Positions 33,052 through 42,464 of a stretch of DNA of 64,000 bases are shown one piece after another (within the stretch, counting starts at the first letter, position 1; each line of letters begins with the position of its first letter). The DNA is taken from NCBI GenBank assembly GCA_963827165.1, contig CAWGZR010000006.1, positions 1-64,000 of the forward strand, in the 5' to 3' direction. Origin of the DNA: Candidatus Bathyarchaeota archaeon. GTDB taxonomy: Archaea > Thermoproteota > Bathyarchaeia > Bathyarchaeales > Bathycorpusculaceae. The notes under the pieces were generated by a model. It did no database searches. It was not told the DNA's origin and saw only the letters and a list, made by a program, of their open reading frames with translations. The position numbers and the translations under genes are program-made.

Positions 33052-34056
33052 ATGCTTATGGCAGACATAATTACTGTGAAAAACCTAGTCGAGGTTTATT
33101 CTGACGGCACAAAAGCCGTAGATGACATTTCATTTAATGTTGCCGAAGGAGAATTTTTTGGTTTTCTGGGGCCAAACGGGGCAGGAAAAAGCACAACTAT
33201 CAAAATTCTAACGACTCTCCTGAGAAAAACGTCAGGTACCGTCACTATTGGAGGATACGACGTTGATAAGCAAGCCGCTGAAATCCGCAAAATAATTGGA
33301 GTTCAAAGCCAAGAAACAACTGTAGACGGCGACCTTACGGGCAGAGAAAATATAACGCTTCAAGGCCATTTCCACCAGATGGATTCGGATGAAATCAAAA
33401 AAAGAGTAGACGAACTTATTACGTTGGTGGGTCTAGAGAAAGCAGCTGACAGGCGGGCAAGAAACTATTCCGGCGGAATGAAAAAACGTCTCGACCTCGC
33501 GACTGCGCTAGTCCATAAACCCAAAATGTTGTTTCTTGACGAGCCTACAACCGGTTTGGATCCTCAGTCTCGATCATCAATTTGGAGTTACCTGGAAAAA
33601 CTGAACAAGGAAGAAGATATAACCATATTCTTAACAACACAGTATCTGGAAGAAGCCGACAAGTTATGCAAAAGGCTTGCTATAATTGATGTTGGAAAAA
33701 TAATTACAAGTGGCTCACCTATCGAGCTAAAACGTGAAATTGGCGCTGACTCTATCCGAATTGCGTTGGAAAGTTGCAAGAAAGACAATGCTAAGGCAAA
33801 AGAACTTATCAAAACCATGACAGACGTTAACCAAATAATAGATTCCGAAGAATGTCTGACGGTTTACGCCAAAAACGCCGGGCTGCTAATAGCTGACATC
33901 GTGCGGGCTTTGGACAGCAGCGACATTAGAATCGCATCAGTGACGTTTTCTTCGCCCTCTTTAGACGACGTTTTCATGAAGCACACAGGCAAAAGAATCC
34001 GCACCGAAGAATTGGTTAAGGCACCAAGCGCCATGTGGGGCGGCGCACGGAGATGA
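33052..34056 (+). CDS. ABC exporter ATP-binding subunit (DrrA-like)
   Basis: Motifs GPNGAGKST, YSGGMKKRLDLA, LFLDEPTTGLDP, PSLDDVF. Confidence 0.93.
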   Translation: MLMADIITVKNLVEVYSDGTKAVDDISFNVAEGEFFGFLGPNGAGKSTTIKILTTLLRKTSGTVTIGGYDVDKQAAEIRKIIGVQSQETTVDGDLTGRENITLQGHFHQMDSDEIKKRVDELITLVGLEKAADRRARNYSGGMKKRLDLATALVHKPKMLFLDEPTTGLDPQSRSSIWSYLEKLNKEEDITIFLTTQYLEEADKLCKRLAIIDVGKIITSGSPIELKREIGADSIRIALESCKKDNAKAKELIKTMTDVNQIIDSEECLTVYAKNAGLLIADIVRALDSSDIRIASVTFSSPSLDDVFMKHTGKRIRTEELVKAPSAMWGGARR

Positions 34057-34060
34057 GAAA

Positions 34061-34864
34061 ATGACTTTGCTTTCTGATACCCGATTCATATTCATAAGGT
34101 ACATGACAAAACTTGTACGAACACCTATCCTGCTATTTTTCTCTCTCTTCCAACCAATCCTGTTCCTCGTATTGTTCACGCAGTTGCTGACAAACCTCGC
34201 CAAAGTCCCAGGAATATTGCCCACGGTAAATGGAGTCACAATCGCATACCTAGAGTTTGCTGCCGCGGGAATTGTAATGCAAAATGCTTTTGGAAGCGCG
34301 TTGCAGTCAGGAAACTCAATCGTAGCTGACATTGACTCAGGGTATCTGCAGAAAATGCTTGTGACACCCGTGAGCCGTCCCGCGATTCTTCTAGGTAGAT
34401 TAGCCAGCGACGCTTTCAGGGTAGTTGTTCAAACCGCTATCATTCTTGGGTTAGGATACGCTTTAGGTGTTGCAGAAAACAAGCCTTTTTACGTCACCAC
34501 GGGCGTTGTCGGAATCTTGCTCATCTTTTTCACACTCGCCTTCTTTGGGCTTGCATGGTCAGGAATCTCTTTAGCGTTAGGCATGAAGACAAGAAGTTCT
34601 GAAACCGTTTTCGCAATTGGAGGAGTAATCACTTTCCCGCTACTGTTCCTAAGTCCAGCGCTGTTTCCCTTAAGTTTCCTACCTCAATGGGTGCAAACTG
34701 TTTCAATGTTTAACCCTGTAAGCTACTGCGTAACCGCCACCCGAGCACTCATGATCAACGGCTACCAATGGGGTACGATACTTCCAGCCTGGGGCGTAAT
34801 AGGATTAGTCGCAGTCATAACTATGAGCGCAACACTCTACCAGTTCAGAAAAGTCGTGAGCTAA
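34061..34864 (+). CDS. ABC-2 type exporter permease
   Basis: About six TM helices, G.L.KMLVTPVSR, FLS...P...LP.W....NP.SY. In an operon with the ATPase. Confidence 0.9.
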   Translation: MTLLSDTRFIFIRYMTKLVRTPILLFFSLFQPILFLVLFTQLLTNLAKVPGILPTVNGVTIAYLEFAAAGIVMQNAFGSALQSGNSIVADIDSGYLQKMLVTPVSRPAILLGRLASDAFRVVVQTAIILGLGYALGVAENKPFYVTTGVVGILLIFFTLAFFGLAWSGISLALGMKTRSSETVFAIGGVITFPLLFLSPALFPLSFLPQWVQTVSMFNPVSYCVTATRALMINGYQWGTILPAWGVIGLVAVITMSATLYQFRKVVS

Positions 34865-35172
34865 ACCCTTTACGGGTAACACGCACGTCAACGTCAGCGG
34901 AAATAGCTGACTTTTTTTACTTCAATCAATTCGGGAACTTCATCCAGCCCTTTCAGCGTCTTGGAGAAACCAGCCATAATATTCCGATCGTTTCCTGCAC
35001 AAAATTATTCAATTACAATTTTTGGCCATCAACAAACATTTCCGTCTCAAAACTTCTCTTACTTATTCTATGTTTTCTGCTCCAAAAAACTCACCTCATA
35101 ATCTTCTTATGGCTGGACTTGATAAAACCCTACCCAAAATTTAACGCAAAGAGCGTTTCTTTGAAAATTAAA

Positions 35173-35326
35173 TGGTCGGGAGAGCAGGATTTGAACCTGC
35201 GACGGCTCGGTATCTGTGGCCTAGACAGGCTTGAATGAAGCCCACCATGGGTAGACCTCTACAGCGTCTCCACCAGCTAAGCATGCTAGCTGATTCGAGA
35301 GCTCTGCCAGGCTGAGCTACCTCCCG
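35173..35326 (-). tRNA. tRNA-Tyr(GTA) with two BHB introns (positions 30/31 and 37/38) and encoded CCA
   Basis: Exons 35326-35296, 35265-35259 and 35211-35173 join to a 77-nt cloverleaf with C1-G72 and A73. Introns 35295-35266 (30 nt) and 35258-35212 (47 nt) each form a bulge-helix-bulge. Confidence 0.93.
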
Positions 35327-35476
35327 ACTAAGACCATAAGGATAATGCCTAGGCAATTTATGTTTTTTGGAGTCCACGCCTCAATATTTGCGATACTAAA
35401 CGTTTTAATTCTGAACCATGAAATGTTTAGGTGGTTCGCATTGGGAAATTTGATGCTTTAAGGAGATTTAAGGGCT

Positions 35477-36442
35477 GTGACTAAAACCATTGGCATTGTT
35501 ACTTCAGGGGGCGACGCTCCAGGAATGAATGCGGCTATCAGAGCCGTAACAAGGATTGCTCATGCAAAGGGTTTTCAAGTTATAGGTTTCGAACGCGGAT
35601 GGGATGGTCTATTAACGAACTGCTGCAGAAAACTTACTCCCCGAAGCGTTGGCGGCATAATCCAACTGGGAGGAACCATACTCCACACTTTGCGTTGCGG
35701 AGCCTTCGAGGAAGAAGGCGGTGCAGAAAAAGGCGCGGAAACGCTTTCAATTAACAATGTCGATGGATTGGTGGTTATCGGTGGCGACGGCTCATTCAGA
35801 GGTGCGTTGGATTTGAGCAGGAAGACTGATGCTTTGATGGTGGGGATACCCGCCACTATTGATAATGACGTTTACGGAACAGATGAAACCATAGGCTTTG
35901 ACACAGCTGTCAACACGGCAGTGGTTACCATCGACAAAATCAGGGACACTGCAATCAGTCATGAGAGAGTATTCATCGTTGAAGTTATGGGACGAAAAAG
36001 AGGCTTCCTAGCTTTAGAAGTAGGTATATGCGTTGGTGCAGAAGTCATTTTGATTCCCGAGCGGCCCCTAAGCCTTGCCGAAATAGTTAAGATAATGGAG
36101 AACAACGAGAAAAAAGGAAAACGCGCAGGAATCATAGTTGCTGCAGAAGGTTGCGGTAACTCAAGCAAGTTAGCCGTGGAAATGCAGCAGCAGACAGAAG
36201 CTGAAGTGCGCCTATCAATTCTAGGATACGCACAGCGCGGGGGAAGCCCAACTCCGCGGAGCAGACTGCTGGCCAGTTTGTTTGCGGAGAAAGCAGTTGA
36301 CTTGATCTGTCAGGGAAAAGGGAACATGGCGGTAGGCTTACAAAAAGGCGAGATTGTGGGTTTTGAGTTGGAGAAAGCGGCCAAAGAGCGGAAACGGATA
36401 GATTTAAGGCTGCTTGAAGTCGCAGATATGCTTGCAACTTAA
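35477..36442 (+). CDS. pfkA: ATP-dependent 6-phosphofructokinase, PfkA family (copy 2)
   Basis: Motifs TSGGDAPGMNAAIR, GGDGS, PATIDND, VEVMGR, LGYAQRGG. Confidence 0.93.
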   Translation: MTKTIGIVTSGGDAPGMNAAIRAVTRIAHAKGFQVIGFERGWDGLLTNCCRKLTPRSVGGIIQLGGTILHTLRCGAFEEEGGAEKGAETLSINNVDGLVVIGGDGSFRGALDLSRKTDALMVGIPATIDNDVYGTDETIGFDTAVNTAVVTIDKIRDTAISHERVFIVEVMGRKRGFLALEVGICVGAEVILIPERPLSLAEIVKIMENNEKKGKRAGIIVAAEGCGNSSKLAVEMQQQTEAEVRLSILGYAQRGGSPTPRSRLLASLFAEKAVDLICQGKGNMAVGLQKGEIVGFELEKAAKERKRIDLRLLEVADMLAT

Positions 36443-36723
36443 CCAATTCTTTTTCACGATTTTTCTCCAACATCATTGTAGGTATTGGTAGATTTTGCTA
36501 GTTTCTTCAGCTACTCTCACGTTACCCCTCGCAGTATTTCTCTTGCTTTTAGGCCTTATTGTTGGGTATGAAAACTGAAACGTCATGTCCAATGTCAATA
36601 TACTCGCGACAGATAGTTATAAACAAAGGAAGCTATCCGCAAAGGTGTCACTTAAAGCGTAAATAGCTTAATTGAAAACGATATTTATGCTTTAAACAGA
36701 CCACCGATAAATCTAAAACCTAC

Positions 36724-37296
36724 ATGCCATTCAGTACATGCAAGAGAAGCGTGCCAAGTTTGAAGTCAGCTTTGATAATTTATTGGTCAAGCACAGGAAA
36801 CACCCAGAAAGTCGCCTACGCAATCCAAGTTGGCTTGGAAGCGGCTGGTTTTAAGGTGCAGTTAAAGAAACCCCAAGAAGCGGCCGAACTGGACTTTTAT
36901 GCGTACGATTTAGTCTGCGTCGGTTCCCCCTCTATCGAGTGGCAACCCGCAAAGCCAGTGACTGATCTTTTAAAGGTCAAGCTGAATCTTTACCGCAGCC
37001 AAGGAAAAATTAAGCCTTGCGCCCCAAAAGTTCCCGGAAAGAACGCGTTGGTTTTCTGCACTTATTCTGGACCGCACACTGGAATTGACGAAGCGACCCC
37101 TGCTGGAAAGACAATACGCCAGTATTTTGAGCATTTCGGCTTCTCCGTGGTCGGCGAATGGTATATTATCGGAGAGTTTCACGGAAGAGAAGACAACAAC
37201 ACATTAGGCAAGCTAGGCGACATCCGCGGCAAACCATCGGCGGAAGACTTGGCGAAAGTTAAAAGGGATGCGGAGCAAATAGCAAAAAGTTTGTAG
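36724..37296 (+). CDS. Flavodoxin-like protein
   Basis: Motifs IYWSSTGNTQKVA, YDLVCVGSP, FCTYSG. The true start may be slightly downstream. Confidence 0.85.
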   Translation: MPFSTCKRSVPSLKSALIIYWSSTGNTQKVAYAIQVGLEAAGFKVQLKKPQEAAELDFYAYDLVCVGSPSIEWQPAKPVTDLLKVKLNLYRSQGKIKPCAPKVPGKNALVFCTYSGPHTGIDEATPAGKTIRQYFEHFGFSVVGEWYIIGEFHGREDNNTLGKLGDIRGKPSAEDLAKVKRDAEQIAKSL

Positions 37297-37305
37297 GTAA
37301 GAAAT

Positions 37306-37608
37306 ATGAAAACGCTTAATTTACCTGATAAGATCGAAGACGATTTAGCAAAAACAGCCGAGGAATTAAGTTTAATGGCGAAGAAGCCGATTTCCAAGTC
37401 AATGGCGATTAACCTCCTTATCGAAGTTTACCACGCGCATCTCAACAACCGCTGCGCCCTAGATTCTTTCAGCCAACAACTGCAAAACTTAAACATTATG
37501 TTGCCTGAAGAATTTGACAAATATTGGGATGAACCAACCAGACCCGAACAAGAAGAAGCTAAAGCTCGCCCTAAAAGCAGCAAAGCGCATGGCATAAAAC
37601 CAAAATAA
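37306..37608 (+). CDS. Hypothetical protein, possible ribbon-helix-helix N-terminus
   Basis: MKTLNLPDKI...L...A....ISKS.AI..L pattern, in operon position. Confidence 0.55.
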   Translation: MKTLNLPDKIEDDLAKTAEELSLMAKKPISKSMAINLLIEVYHAHLNNRCALDSFSQQLQNLNIMLPEEFDKYWDEPTRPEQEEAKARPKSSKAHGIKPK

Positions 37609-37638
37609 GAAATCGCTATTTTATAGTCAGGGTATCTT

Positions 37639-38001
37639 ATGAAAATTGATTCTTTGGAGTCGGAGTTTGGGTGGATAAGGGTCAACGGGGAAAAGTACGA
37701 AAAAGACATTGTAATTCACTCTGACGGGTCAATAACGAAAAGGGAAAAAAAGAAATCCAAAGACCTGAAACCCGATTACGGGCATACACCTCTATCTGAA
37801 CGAGAGCTGCAGTTTCTGCCTAGGGAAAAATTCGAGGCATTGTACATTGGGACTGGTCATGAAGCCGCCTTGCCAATAACGCCCAGAGCTCTCGAGATAT
37901 TGAAAGGATATGGTGCCATGATTTTGCCTACGCCTCAAATTATCGGCGAAATTGAGAAAGAACGAAGGAAATTTGTAGCGTTGATTCATATAACTTGCTG
38001 A
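37639..38001 (+). CDS. Mth938-like (DUF498) protein
   Basis: Motifs FG.I.VNG.KYEKDIVI, LYIGTG, LPT, ALIHITC. Confidence 0.85.
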   Translation: MKIDSLESEFGWIRVNGEKYEKDIVIHSDGSITKREKKKSKDLKPDYGHTPLSERELQFLPREKFEALYIGTGHEAALPITPRALEILKGYGAMILPTPQIIGEIEKERRKFVALIHITC

Positions 38002-38025
38002 CAAATTAGAAGCCAAGAAAAAGTG

Positions 38026-38565
38026 CTAAATCTCTGAGATTTTCTCTATCAGCACCCCAGGCAAGTTATCCCTGTTTAACAATGTTACCGTAAAAACCGC
38101 TGTGTCTTCCCTTTCCTTTATTTGACTTATCAACTCATCCCTGGCTTTAGCGTGAACTACCGCCAGCACCAACTTTTTACTCGTCACTACTTGTTTAACT
38201 GCTTGCTTGAACCGTTGCGAGAAAAGCTCCATGGGACCGACCTCATCAATCGCCACGACATTGCATTTTTCAGCGGCATCCACTATCGCTTTTACTCCTA
38301 TTTCTTCGAGATCACCTATGTTTACACGGTACTTGCCGACTTGCGGGCCATCTTTCTGATTAATATGCGCTAGCCAGCCCTGTTTACCATTCGCCAAGTC
38401 TAAGATTTCGAAACCTACGCGTATCTTGCCTTCCCTTGCTTCACTGCTAATCATGCCGCCCACGCTTTCTCCTTGCGCTCTAAGAGCGTCCACCGTTCTG
38501 ACGAGCACTGTTGTTTTCCCCACGCCTGGAGCGCCAGTCAAAATCAAAACGCGCTTCTTCAACAC
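38026..38565 (-). CDS. Nucleoside triphosphatase (THEP1/NTPase_1 family)
   Basis: Motifs LTGAPGVGKTT, RVGF, VGKYRV, IDEVGPMEL.S. Confidence 0.9.
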   Translation of the reverse strand: MLKKRVLILTGAPGVGKTTVLVRTVDALRAQGESVGGMISSEAREGKIRVGFEILDLANGKQGWLAHINQKDGPQVGKYRVNIGDLEEIGVKAIVDAAEKCNVVAIDEVGPMELFSQRFKQAVKQVVTSKKLVLAVVHAKARDELISQIKEREDTAVFTVTLLNRDNLPGVLIEKISEI

Positions 38566-38610
38566 TTCCAGCCACCCTAACCAGAAGTCTAATATGGCGA
38601 TAAAATTCTT

Positions 38611-39855
38611 TTGATAAGCAAATCCAACCAGGAACTAAAAAACATGGCAGAAAGCGTTTACAAACCGGATTTTCCAAGTGAAATAATCAGAGAAGGCAAA
38701 GTGCAAGTTTTAGTGCCCAAACTGGAAGCCTACAGCGTTAACCCGTCGGACTACGCGCCCTCTAAAGCACCAGTTTTCTACAACCCGATAATGGAGTTCA
38801 ACCGAGACCTCTCGGTTCTGGCATTCCAAGCGTACCAACGCATGGTTGACAGGGAAATCAGCATCTGTGAACCTTTAACCAGTCAAGGAATCCGAGGAGT
38901 CCGTTTCGCCAAGGAAATTGAAGGCATAAAGCGAGTTCTAATCGGGGACATAAACGAAAGGGCATTCAAAGTTGCAAAACATAACGTTCAACTCAATGGT
39001 TTAGAAAAAATCGTATCCGTGAAGCATAAAGACGCAAACTGCACTTTAAGCTGCAACGCGTCGCCTAAAAAACGCTTCGACATCGTCGATGTTGACCCTT
39101 TCGGCACGCCTGCCCCATTCATAGGTTCAGCCATACGTGCTCTTCGCAACCACGGTTTGCTGGCTTTAACCGCCACCGACTTGGCGCCGCTCTGCGGGGT
39201 GCACTCGAAAGCGTGCATACGAAAATACGGCGGAAAACCGCTCCGGACAGAGTACTGTCATGAACTTGCTATTCGGCTTGTTGCAGGCTGCACCGCCACC
39301 TTAGCTGCAAAACACGACGTTGGAATTCACGTGGTTTTTAGCCACAGTAGCGAACACTACATCAGGCTGTACTGTCAAATTGCTTATGGCGCAGAGAAGG
39401 GTGATGAAAGTATCAAAACGCTCGGGTACATTCTGCATTGCTTCAATTGTCTGCACCGGGAAACTATCCGTCAACCATTCGGAAATCTGACCTGCCCCGA
39501 ATGTGGCTCAAAAATGGATTTCGCTGGCCCTCTTTGGCTGGGAAACATCTTCGACCCAGAGTTTATTGAATCAATGATCAAAGAAAACCAGACTGTTGCT
39601 TTCAGGAATAACGCAAGAATATCTAAACTTCTTCTGTTGACAAAACAAGAGGCTACTGCTCCAATAACATATTTTTTGCTTGATAAACTCAGCGGGAAAC
39701 TGGGTTTGCCATCTCCATCCGTTCAAGCATTTTCAAATGCACTTCGAGGCAGAAACTACGAAGCGGTGCAGACCCATTTTAACAGTCGAGGCATTAGGAC
39801 GAACGCTCCTGCTATGACACTGCACAATCTGCTAAAGGAAGCAATTAGTCAATAA
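38611..39855 (+). CDS. trm1: tRNA (guanine26-N2)-dimethyltransferase
   Basis: Motifs VFYNP.MEFNRDLS, GIRGVR, DVDPFGTP, TATD, E...R, C..C/C..C zinc ribbon, GPLWLG. Confidence 0.93.
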   Translation: MISKSNQELKNMAESVYKPDFPSEIIREGKVQVLVPKLEAYSVNPSDYAPSKAPVFYNPIMEFNRDLSVLAFQAYQRMVDREISICEPLTSQGIRGVRFAKEIEGIKRVLIGDINERAFKVAKHNVQLNGLEKIVSVKHKDANCTLSCNASPKKRFDIVDVDPFGTPAPFIGSAIRALRNHGLLALTATDLAPLCGVHSKACIRKYGGKPLRTEYCHELAIRLVAGCTATLAAKHDVGIHVVFSHSSEHYIRLYCQIAYGAEKGDESIKTLGYILHCFNCLHRETIRQPFGNLTCPECGSKMDFAGPLWLGNIFDPEFIESMIKENQTVAFRNNARISKLLLLTKQEATAPITYFLLDKLSGKLGLPSPSVQAFSNALRGRNYEAVQTHFNSRGIRTNAPAMTLHNLLKEAISQ

Positions 39856-39870
39856 CCATAAAATTGTTTA

Positions 39871-40015
39871 ATATCCGCAAATTTTTTTCTTTGTATTTTG
39901 GGCTGGTTTTTTGGTTTGGGGCTTGGATTGGTCGCAACTGGTCTCTAAAAACATCTATAAACATCTAAAAAGATCTAAAAACATCCATAAACGTCTAGAA
40001 ACATCTAAGAACATC
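39871..40015 (-). repeat. Dispersed element copy B: seven 10-bp units (GATGTTTTTA) plus anchor
   Basis: TAAAAACATC-like units at 39946-40015. Anchor on the minus strand: CCAAGCCCCAAACCAAAAAACCAGCCCAAAATACAAAGAAAAAAATT. Confidence 0.85.
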
Positions 40016-40052
40016 GCATTGGGAGAATTTTAGTTACATGCTTTCGATAAGG

Positions 40053-40152
40053 AAAATTTTTTTGTCTGCATTTTTGGTTGCTTTTTTGGTTTGGAAGCTT
40101 GAATCATCTGCAGGACGAGACTTTATTTGGCATAATTTGACATTATTTGATA
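40053..40152 (-). repeat. Dispersed element copy C: three 10-bp units (TCAAATAATG-like) plus anchor
   Basis: Units CTTTATTTGG CATAATTTGA CATTATTTGA at 40121-40150. Anchor CCTGCAGATGATTCAAGCTTCCAAACCAAAAAAGCAACCAAAAATGCAGACAAAAAAATT. Confidence 0.75.
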
Positions 40153-40389
40153 ACATGAAGGGAGATATCAATAGATATTTGAGGCGGAGGCATCATTCAG
40201 AAGAATAGCTCCACCACGGAGAAAATTGCATACTTCATTTAAATTTGTAGTGCAAGTCAATAGACACCAATACAAAAACTTTTTCGCCACTGAAGATGCC
40301 AGCAAAATATCCGAGTTAAAATCACACTTTTTAGGTAACAAAAGTTTAAAGGGTAAAGCTACTGTCCTTAAAACAGCAAGGTAATTGTA

Positions 40390-41196
40390 ATGAATGATAA
40401 AATCGCGGTAATTGGCTCCGGAATGATGGGCGGCGCCATAATCAAAAGCTTAGCTAAAGGAGGCTACGAAGGCAAGTTGACAGCCGTCGATATCGCATTG
40501 GACAGGCTGAAAGAGTTCGAAACCCTCGGCGTTAAAACTTCCACCGACAACAAAAAATCCGCAGGCGACGCCGACATAGTTTTCATAATCGTCAAGCCAG
40601 GCGACGTAGCGAAGGTTCTCAAAGACATAAGTGGAGAAATCAAAGATAAACTGTTAATTTCGGTTGCAGCAACGGTTCCGCTGAAGTTTCTACGGAAGAA
40701 CGCGCCTGAAGCCCGAATCGTACGGATAATGCCCAACCTCGGCGCCTTAGTTCAAGCCGCTTACACGGCATACTGCTGCGAATCCGACGTTACCTCCCAA
40801 GACAAAGAGAAAGTTAAGACTTTACTCAGCATGTTTGGCATATGCGAAGAACTCGACGAAAAATACCTTGATGCTATAACCGCCCTCAGCGGGAGCGGCC
40901 CAGGCTACATGTCCATAATCATCGAGGCATTAACTTATGCAGGCTTAAAGGTAGGGTTACCACGCAACATCGCCCTAACCTGCGCAGCCCAAACGGTAAT
41001 GGCAACAGGCAAACTCGTCTTAGACCTCCATGAGGAACCATCAAAAATCAAGGATATGACCACCACACCCGGCGGAACAACAATAGAAGCTATCTACCAA
41101 ATCGAGCAAAGCCAAATCCGCCCTGCATTGATGCGCGCGATTGAAGAAGCTACGAAGAAAAGCCAGGAAATCCGAGAAAAACTCAACCTCAACTAA
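40390..41196 (+). CDS. proC: Pyrroline-5-carboxylate reductase
   Basis: Motifs IGSGMMG, VKP, RIMPN, TALSGSGPGY, TPGGTTIEA. Confidence 0.95.
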   Translation: MNDKIAVIGSGMMGGAIIKSLAKGGYEGKLTAVDIALDRLKEFETLGVKTSTDNKKSAGDADIVFIIVKPGDVAKVLKDISGEIKDKLLISVAATVPLKFLRKNAPEARIVRIMPNLGALVQAAYTAYCCESDVTSQDKEKVKTLLSMFGICEELDEKYLDAITALSGSGPGYMSIIIEALTYAGLKVGLPRNIALTCAAQTVMATGKLVLDLHEEPSKIKDMTTTPGGTTIEAIYQIEQSQIRPALMRAIEEATKKSQEIREKLNLN

Positions 41197-41211
41197 CCGC
41201 CCTGAGTCGCC

Positions 41212-41871
41212 ATGTTTGAAGCAGCAATTTTTGATTGGGACGGCACGTTAGGCGACACTCGCCAAGTAATAGTGGCTTCTTTTCAGAAGGCACTGAATGA
41301 AATCAACTGCAAAGTAAGCGACGAATATATTGAGCGTCGAATAGGTATCGGAGCAGCGGACACTTTTAGAGATATTCTGCGGTTTTCTAAAACGCCAATT
41401 GACGAAAAAACGGTTCAGCGCCTAGTCGAACGCAAAAGCGAACTTGAAATCGAATTAACCGACCAAGTGACACTCTTCCCCGGTGCAAAAGAGCTTCTTG
41501 ACACGTTGCATGGCAAAATCAAAATGTGTTTAGCATCAATGAACAACCGCTCAGTCATCACACATTTAATCAAAGCAAAAGGCTTAGAAAAATACTTCGA
41601 CGCAGTCCTTACAGCAGAGTCAATCACATATTCAAAGCCAAACCCAGAAATTTTCCTGAAGGCAGCAACTACCCTACGGGCAAAACCTGAAAAATGCGTT
41701 GTGATTGAGGATTCACTGTTCGGGGTTAAGGCCGCTAAATCCGCCGAGATGGGTTGCATCGCTGTTCTCACAGGGGTCTATTCTCAAGAGGAGCTCGAAG
41801 GGGAAAAGCCTGATTTGATTGTTTCCACTCTCCAAGATAAGCGAGTTGTTGAGCACATTCTGAGGCAATAA
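41212..41871 (+). CDS. HAD-family phosphatase (beta-PGM/CbbY-like)
   Basis: Motifs FDWDGTL, SKPNPEIF, IEDS..GV.AA. Confidence 0.9.
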   Translation: MFEAAIFDWDGTLGDTRQVIVASFQKALNEINCKVSDEYIERRIGIGAADTFRDILRFSKTPIDEKTVQRLVERKSELEIELTDQVTLFPGAKELLDTLHGKIKMCLASMNNRSVITHLIKAKGLEKYFDAVLTAESITYSKPNPEIFLKAATTLRAKPEKCVVIEDSLFGVKAAKSAEMGCIAVLTGVYSQEELEGEKPDLIVSTLQDKRVVEHILRQ

Positions 41872-41978
41872 CGCCCCACTTTACACATTGTGTGGTAGTC
41901 TCTTCACAATCACATAACTTTAAGAATTTACTGAATTAAATAATAATCATTCTCAAATCTGAGGGAAGGGAAAGTTCT

Positions 41979-42251
41979 ATGAAAAATTCTATCGAAAACA
42001 AAAAAACAAAGACACAAATGTTTCAAGTTCTTCTGCTTGACAACAATGCAAGCGACGACGTTGAAATCCAAGAAGCCGACCAAGTGAATTTCTCCCAAGT
42101 GAAAGAACACCTCAAAAACGGCGGATCAGTCTTCATCACAAGCAAAGACGCACAAAAAACATTTTACCCCAAATCTAAAGCTCAACAAAACTACAATAAA
42201 TCAAGAAGAATTTACGGAGCCCTTTTCCGGCAGTATTCGAGAAGTTCATAA
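41979..42251 (+). CDS. Hypothetical protein
   Basis: 90-aa ORF with a purine-rich RBS region (GAGGGAAGGG) and an upstream TATA-like sequence. Confidence 0.65.
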   Translation: MKNSIENKKTKTQMFQVLLLDNNASDDVEIQEADQVNFSQVKEHLKNGGSVFITSKDAQKTFYPKSKAQQNYNKSRRIYGALFRQYSRSS

Positions 42252-42256
42252 ATTGT

Positions 42257-42322
42257 GTGACGTGCATCCAGACGATTCATTTTACCCCCTCTCTCTTCCT
42301 TAATTTTTTGGATGCACGCCAC
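42257..42322 (+). other. 16-bp imperfect inverted repeat enclosing a pyrimidine-rich loop (3'-UTR hairpin or small RNA)
   Basis: GTGACGTGCATCCAGA ... TTTGGATGCACGCCAC, with loop sequence TTTACCCCCTCTCTCTTCCTT. Confidence 0.55.
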
Positions 42323-42464
42323 TCCCGCGAACTCAAACAACAATAAATCTTATCCGTAAAGGCATGTTTCCGCGATTTTTCCTTAAATTATCTCTTCAGC
42401 GTTGAATTAAGAAAAGAATGGGAATTAAATTTTCAAAGAAAAGAGAAAACTCTCAATAGCTAAG

